Shown piece after piece: positions 62,281-64,000 of a stretch of 64,000 bases of DNA. Source of the stretch: Chloroflexota bacterium (lineage in GTDB: Bacteria; Chloroflexota; Limnocylindria; Limnocylindrales; CSP1-4); NCBI GenBank assembly GCA_003141245.1, contig PLLE01000034.1, positions 877 to 64,876 on the forward strand. Direction: 5' to 3'. Within the stretch, counting starts at the first letter, position 1. Every line of letters starts with the position of its first letter. The notes below the pieces were generated by a model. The model saw only the letters and a list, made by a program, of their open reading frames with translations, ran no database searches and was not told the DNA's origin. Both the position numbers and the translations under genes were made by a program.

Positions 62281-63456
62281 TCAGACCTGATTCGGGTAGA
62301 GCGTCACCAGGACATCGCCGACCCCGATCTGCCCGGAGGAAACGGCGGTTTCGCCGCGCACCGTCCGGCTCATGCCCCATTCGTCGATCAGCCGAGTCGG
62401 GTTGGTGGCGTCCACGTCCTGAACCACCCACCCGTCTCCACGGCGCTCGATCGTGGCGTGGCGGGCGCTCACCTGCGGATCCGAGACGCGGATCTGCGCA
62501 TCCGGATCGCGGCCCACGAGAAGCCGCTGGCCGGGAGCGACGGTCAGGGCCGTGGAGCGGCCGGCCTCCACCACCACGAGGTGGCCCGGCATCGGGGTCC
62601 CGGCTGCGGCGGCTTCGCCACTCGCGGCATCGCCACCCGCGGCGGATGCGGGATCTGCCGGCGGCACCGGCGGCGGAGTCGCCCAATCCGGCGCCCAATC
62701 CGGCGCCCAGGGATGGCCCGGCGTCGGATAGGCGGAGGTCATGTGGCCGGGCATCGGATAGATGGCCGGTCCGTAGGCCGGCGGAAGGTAGCCCGGGACT
62801 TCGTGGCCCGGCTCCGGGTGCGCCGGCCCTCCGTAGCCCAGCGCCGCGCGGCCCGGCGCGGGATAGTACGCGGCGGGGAGGGTGTCCGGTGGCGCCCCCC
62901 ACGGGCTCGCCGCGAAGGGCTCCCTGACGTGAGCGGGGTTCGGCGGCGCCGTCAGCTGAACCAGCGAGATGAGCGCCCCGATCGAGGCGATGCCCAGGCC
63001 GAGCCAGAAGCCGAAGCCCAGGCTGCTGGCCAGGCCGATGCCGAGGGAGCTCGAGCCGGCGCCCAGGTTGCCTCCCCCCGTCACGAGCCCCACTACCGCG
63101 CCGCCGACCGACGTGACGAAACCACCGAGGGCGATCCACCGGGCGATCATGCCCACCGGACGCCATCTCGCCTCGTAGAAGGACCCGAACAGGGCGAGGG
63201 CCACGCCGACCGCGAATAGGAACATCCAGCCCAAGCCGATCTCGCTGGTGCGGCTGACGACATCCCACAGGCTGATGGAGATGCTGAAGCTCGCGCTGTA
63301 CCCGGAGTCGCCAAAGCCCGACCGGATCCACGGCAAAAAGACTGTGACGAGCAAGCAGGCCGCCGTGACGGCCTGGAGCTTGGGCACTGGACCGGCAGGG
63401 GATGGCCCATAGCTCGGGCCCGTGTAGTGGGGCTGAGACGGCGGCTCTTCCCGCAT
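62281..63456 (-). CDS. FHA-domain membrane protein
   Basis: N-terminal ~4 TM segments, a Pro/Tyr/Gly-rich linker, and a C-terminal FHA domain (..LLVGRDPDAQIRVSDPQVSARHATIERRGDGWVVQDVDATNPTRL..). Confidence 0.8.
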   Translation of the reverse strand: MREEPPSQPHYTGPSYGPSPAGPVPKLQAVTAACLLVTVFLPWIRSGFGDSGYSASFSISISLWDVVSRTSEIGLGWMFLFAVGVALALFGSFYEARWRPVGMIARWIALGGFVTSVGGAVVGLVTGGGNLGAGSSSLGIGLASSLGFGFWLGLGIASIGALISLVQLTAPPNPAHVREPFAASPWGAPPDTLPAAYYPAPGRAALGYGGPAHPEPGHEVPGYLPPAYGPAIYPMPGHMTSAYPTPGHPWAPDWAPDWATPPPVPPADPASAAGGDAASGEAAAAGTPMPGHLVVVEAGRSTALTVAPGQRLLVGRDPDAQIRVSDPQVSARHATIERRGDGWVVQDVDATNPTRLIDEWGMSRTVRGETAVSSGQIGVGDVLVTLYPNQV

Positions 63457-63628
63457 CTTCGACGACCTCCCGACCGGGCACCCTCTCGATCGCCAGCGCG
63501 CGATCCGCCCGGTCCGTTTGCGCGCACCTCAATTCTGCTACCGGAAAGCTGACTCCGAAGAGTCGGCGCGCGCTTCGAAGGGCCGGACCTCGGCCGCGTG
63601 GCGGCGGCCGTTGGTGCATCATCGACGC

Positions 63629-64000
63629 ATGGAGGGACAGCCGATCCGTGTCGTCATCGCCGAGGACTCCGCCCCGCCTTCGGCCCGCGGTCCGCTGCGC
63701 CTGCGCAAGATCGCCGTCCCAAGCGCCTATTCGAACCTGGATCGCTTCGCCGTCGTCATCTTCGGGTTCATCTGCGGCGTCCTCCAGGCGACGGGCCGCT
63801 TTCCGCGACCCATCGACGCGTGGACATACTGGTCCGCCGACCTCTCACACCTGTACCCCGAGAGCTGGGGCATCGGCGGGCTGTACATCTACCCGCCGCC
63901 GCTGGCGCAGATAACCAACCTGCTCCACCCAATCGGCTGGGGCGTCTTCATCGTGTGCTGGACCACGTTGCTATGGGCGGCCCTGGCCTACATGCTCGGG
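63629..64000 (+). CDS. membrane protein, N-terminal part (3' end outside window), possibly GT87/DUF2029-like glycosyltransferase
   Basis: Open frame from ATG 63629 to the window end (124 codons). It is not in the ORF track because no stop is reached. My translation is MEGQPIRVVIAED..FAVVIFGFICGVLQA..YWSADLSHLYPESWGIGGLYIYPPPLAQI..GVFIVCWTTLLWAALAYMLG. The family call is weak. Confidence 0.45.
   Translation, partial: MEGQPIRVVIAEDSAPPSARGPLRLRKIAVPSAYSNLDRFAVVIFGFICGVLQATGRFPRPIDAWTYWSADLSHLYPESWGIGGLYIYPPPLAQITNLLHPIGWGVFIVCWTTLLWAALAYMLG

Noticed and set aside
63402-63914. 170-aa plus-strand ORF from the track
   Set aside because: Its Ser/Arg/Ala/Pro-rich translation lacks features. A different frame starting at ATG 63629 stays open to the window end and encodes a plausible hydrophobic membrane protein, so that frame was preferred.

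Overview
High-GC (by eye, not computed) chromosomal window from a Terrabacteria-type genome (Actinomycetota or Chloroflexota; GGAGG-type ribosome binding sites, leuS-comEA-comEC-holA synteny). Most of it is housekeeping or ordinary accessory metabolism: cysE-cysK, leuS, comEA/comEC/holA, proC, proline dehydrogenase, an S9 and an S41 peptidase, ferredoxin, a DksA/TraR zinc finger, three tRNAs (Ala-GGC, initiator Met-CAU, Lys-UUU), and a long minus-strand copper/redox operon (OmpR-type response regulator and histidine kinase, MFS, CcdA/DsbD, cupredoxin, CopZ). The left quarter (about 0.5-17.4 kb) is accessory. It holds a frameshifted IS110 transposase and a three-gene Lamassu / ABC-3C-type operon (Cap4-like nuclease, small middle protein, Rad50/SMC-like ABC ATPase with a CxxC hook). 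Next come several orphan genes with defence-like features: a DUF5677-like protein, a DUF4062/TIR-like-fold protein, a PD-(D/E)xK protein and a 4-TM protein. The region ends with a tyrosine integrase and a decayed patch (PNP-like fragment, ANT-type nucleotidyltransferase, truncated Fic). Other notable items are a duplicated leuS 3' end flanking a 237-bp element with about 35-bp inverted termini, complex tandem repeats upstream of leuS, a terminator-bearing leader upstream of cysE, an integrase/DUF4238 chimeric remnant beside tRNA-fMet, an uncharacterised protein with a polymerase-beta-type nucleotidyltransferase motif, and many in-frame short tandem repeats in surface proteins. All functional calls rest on motif recognition by eye; no searches were run. 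Many long ORFs in the supplied track are high-GC antisense or alternate-frame shadows and were not called.
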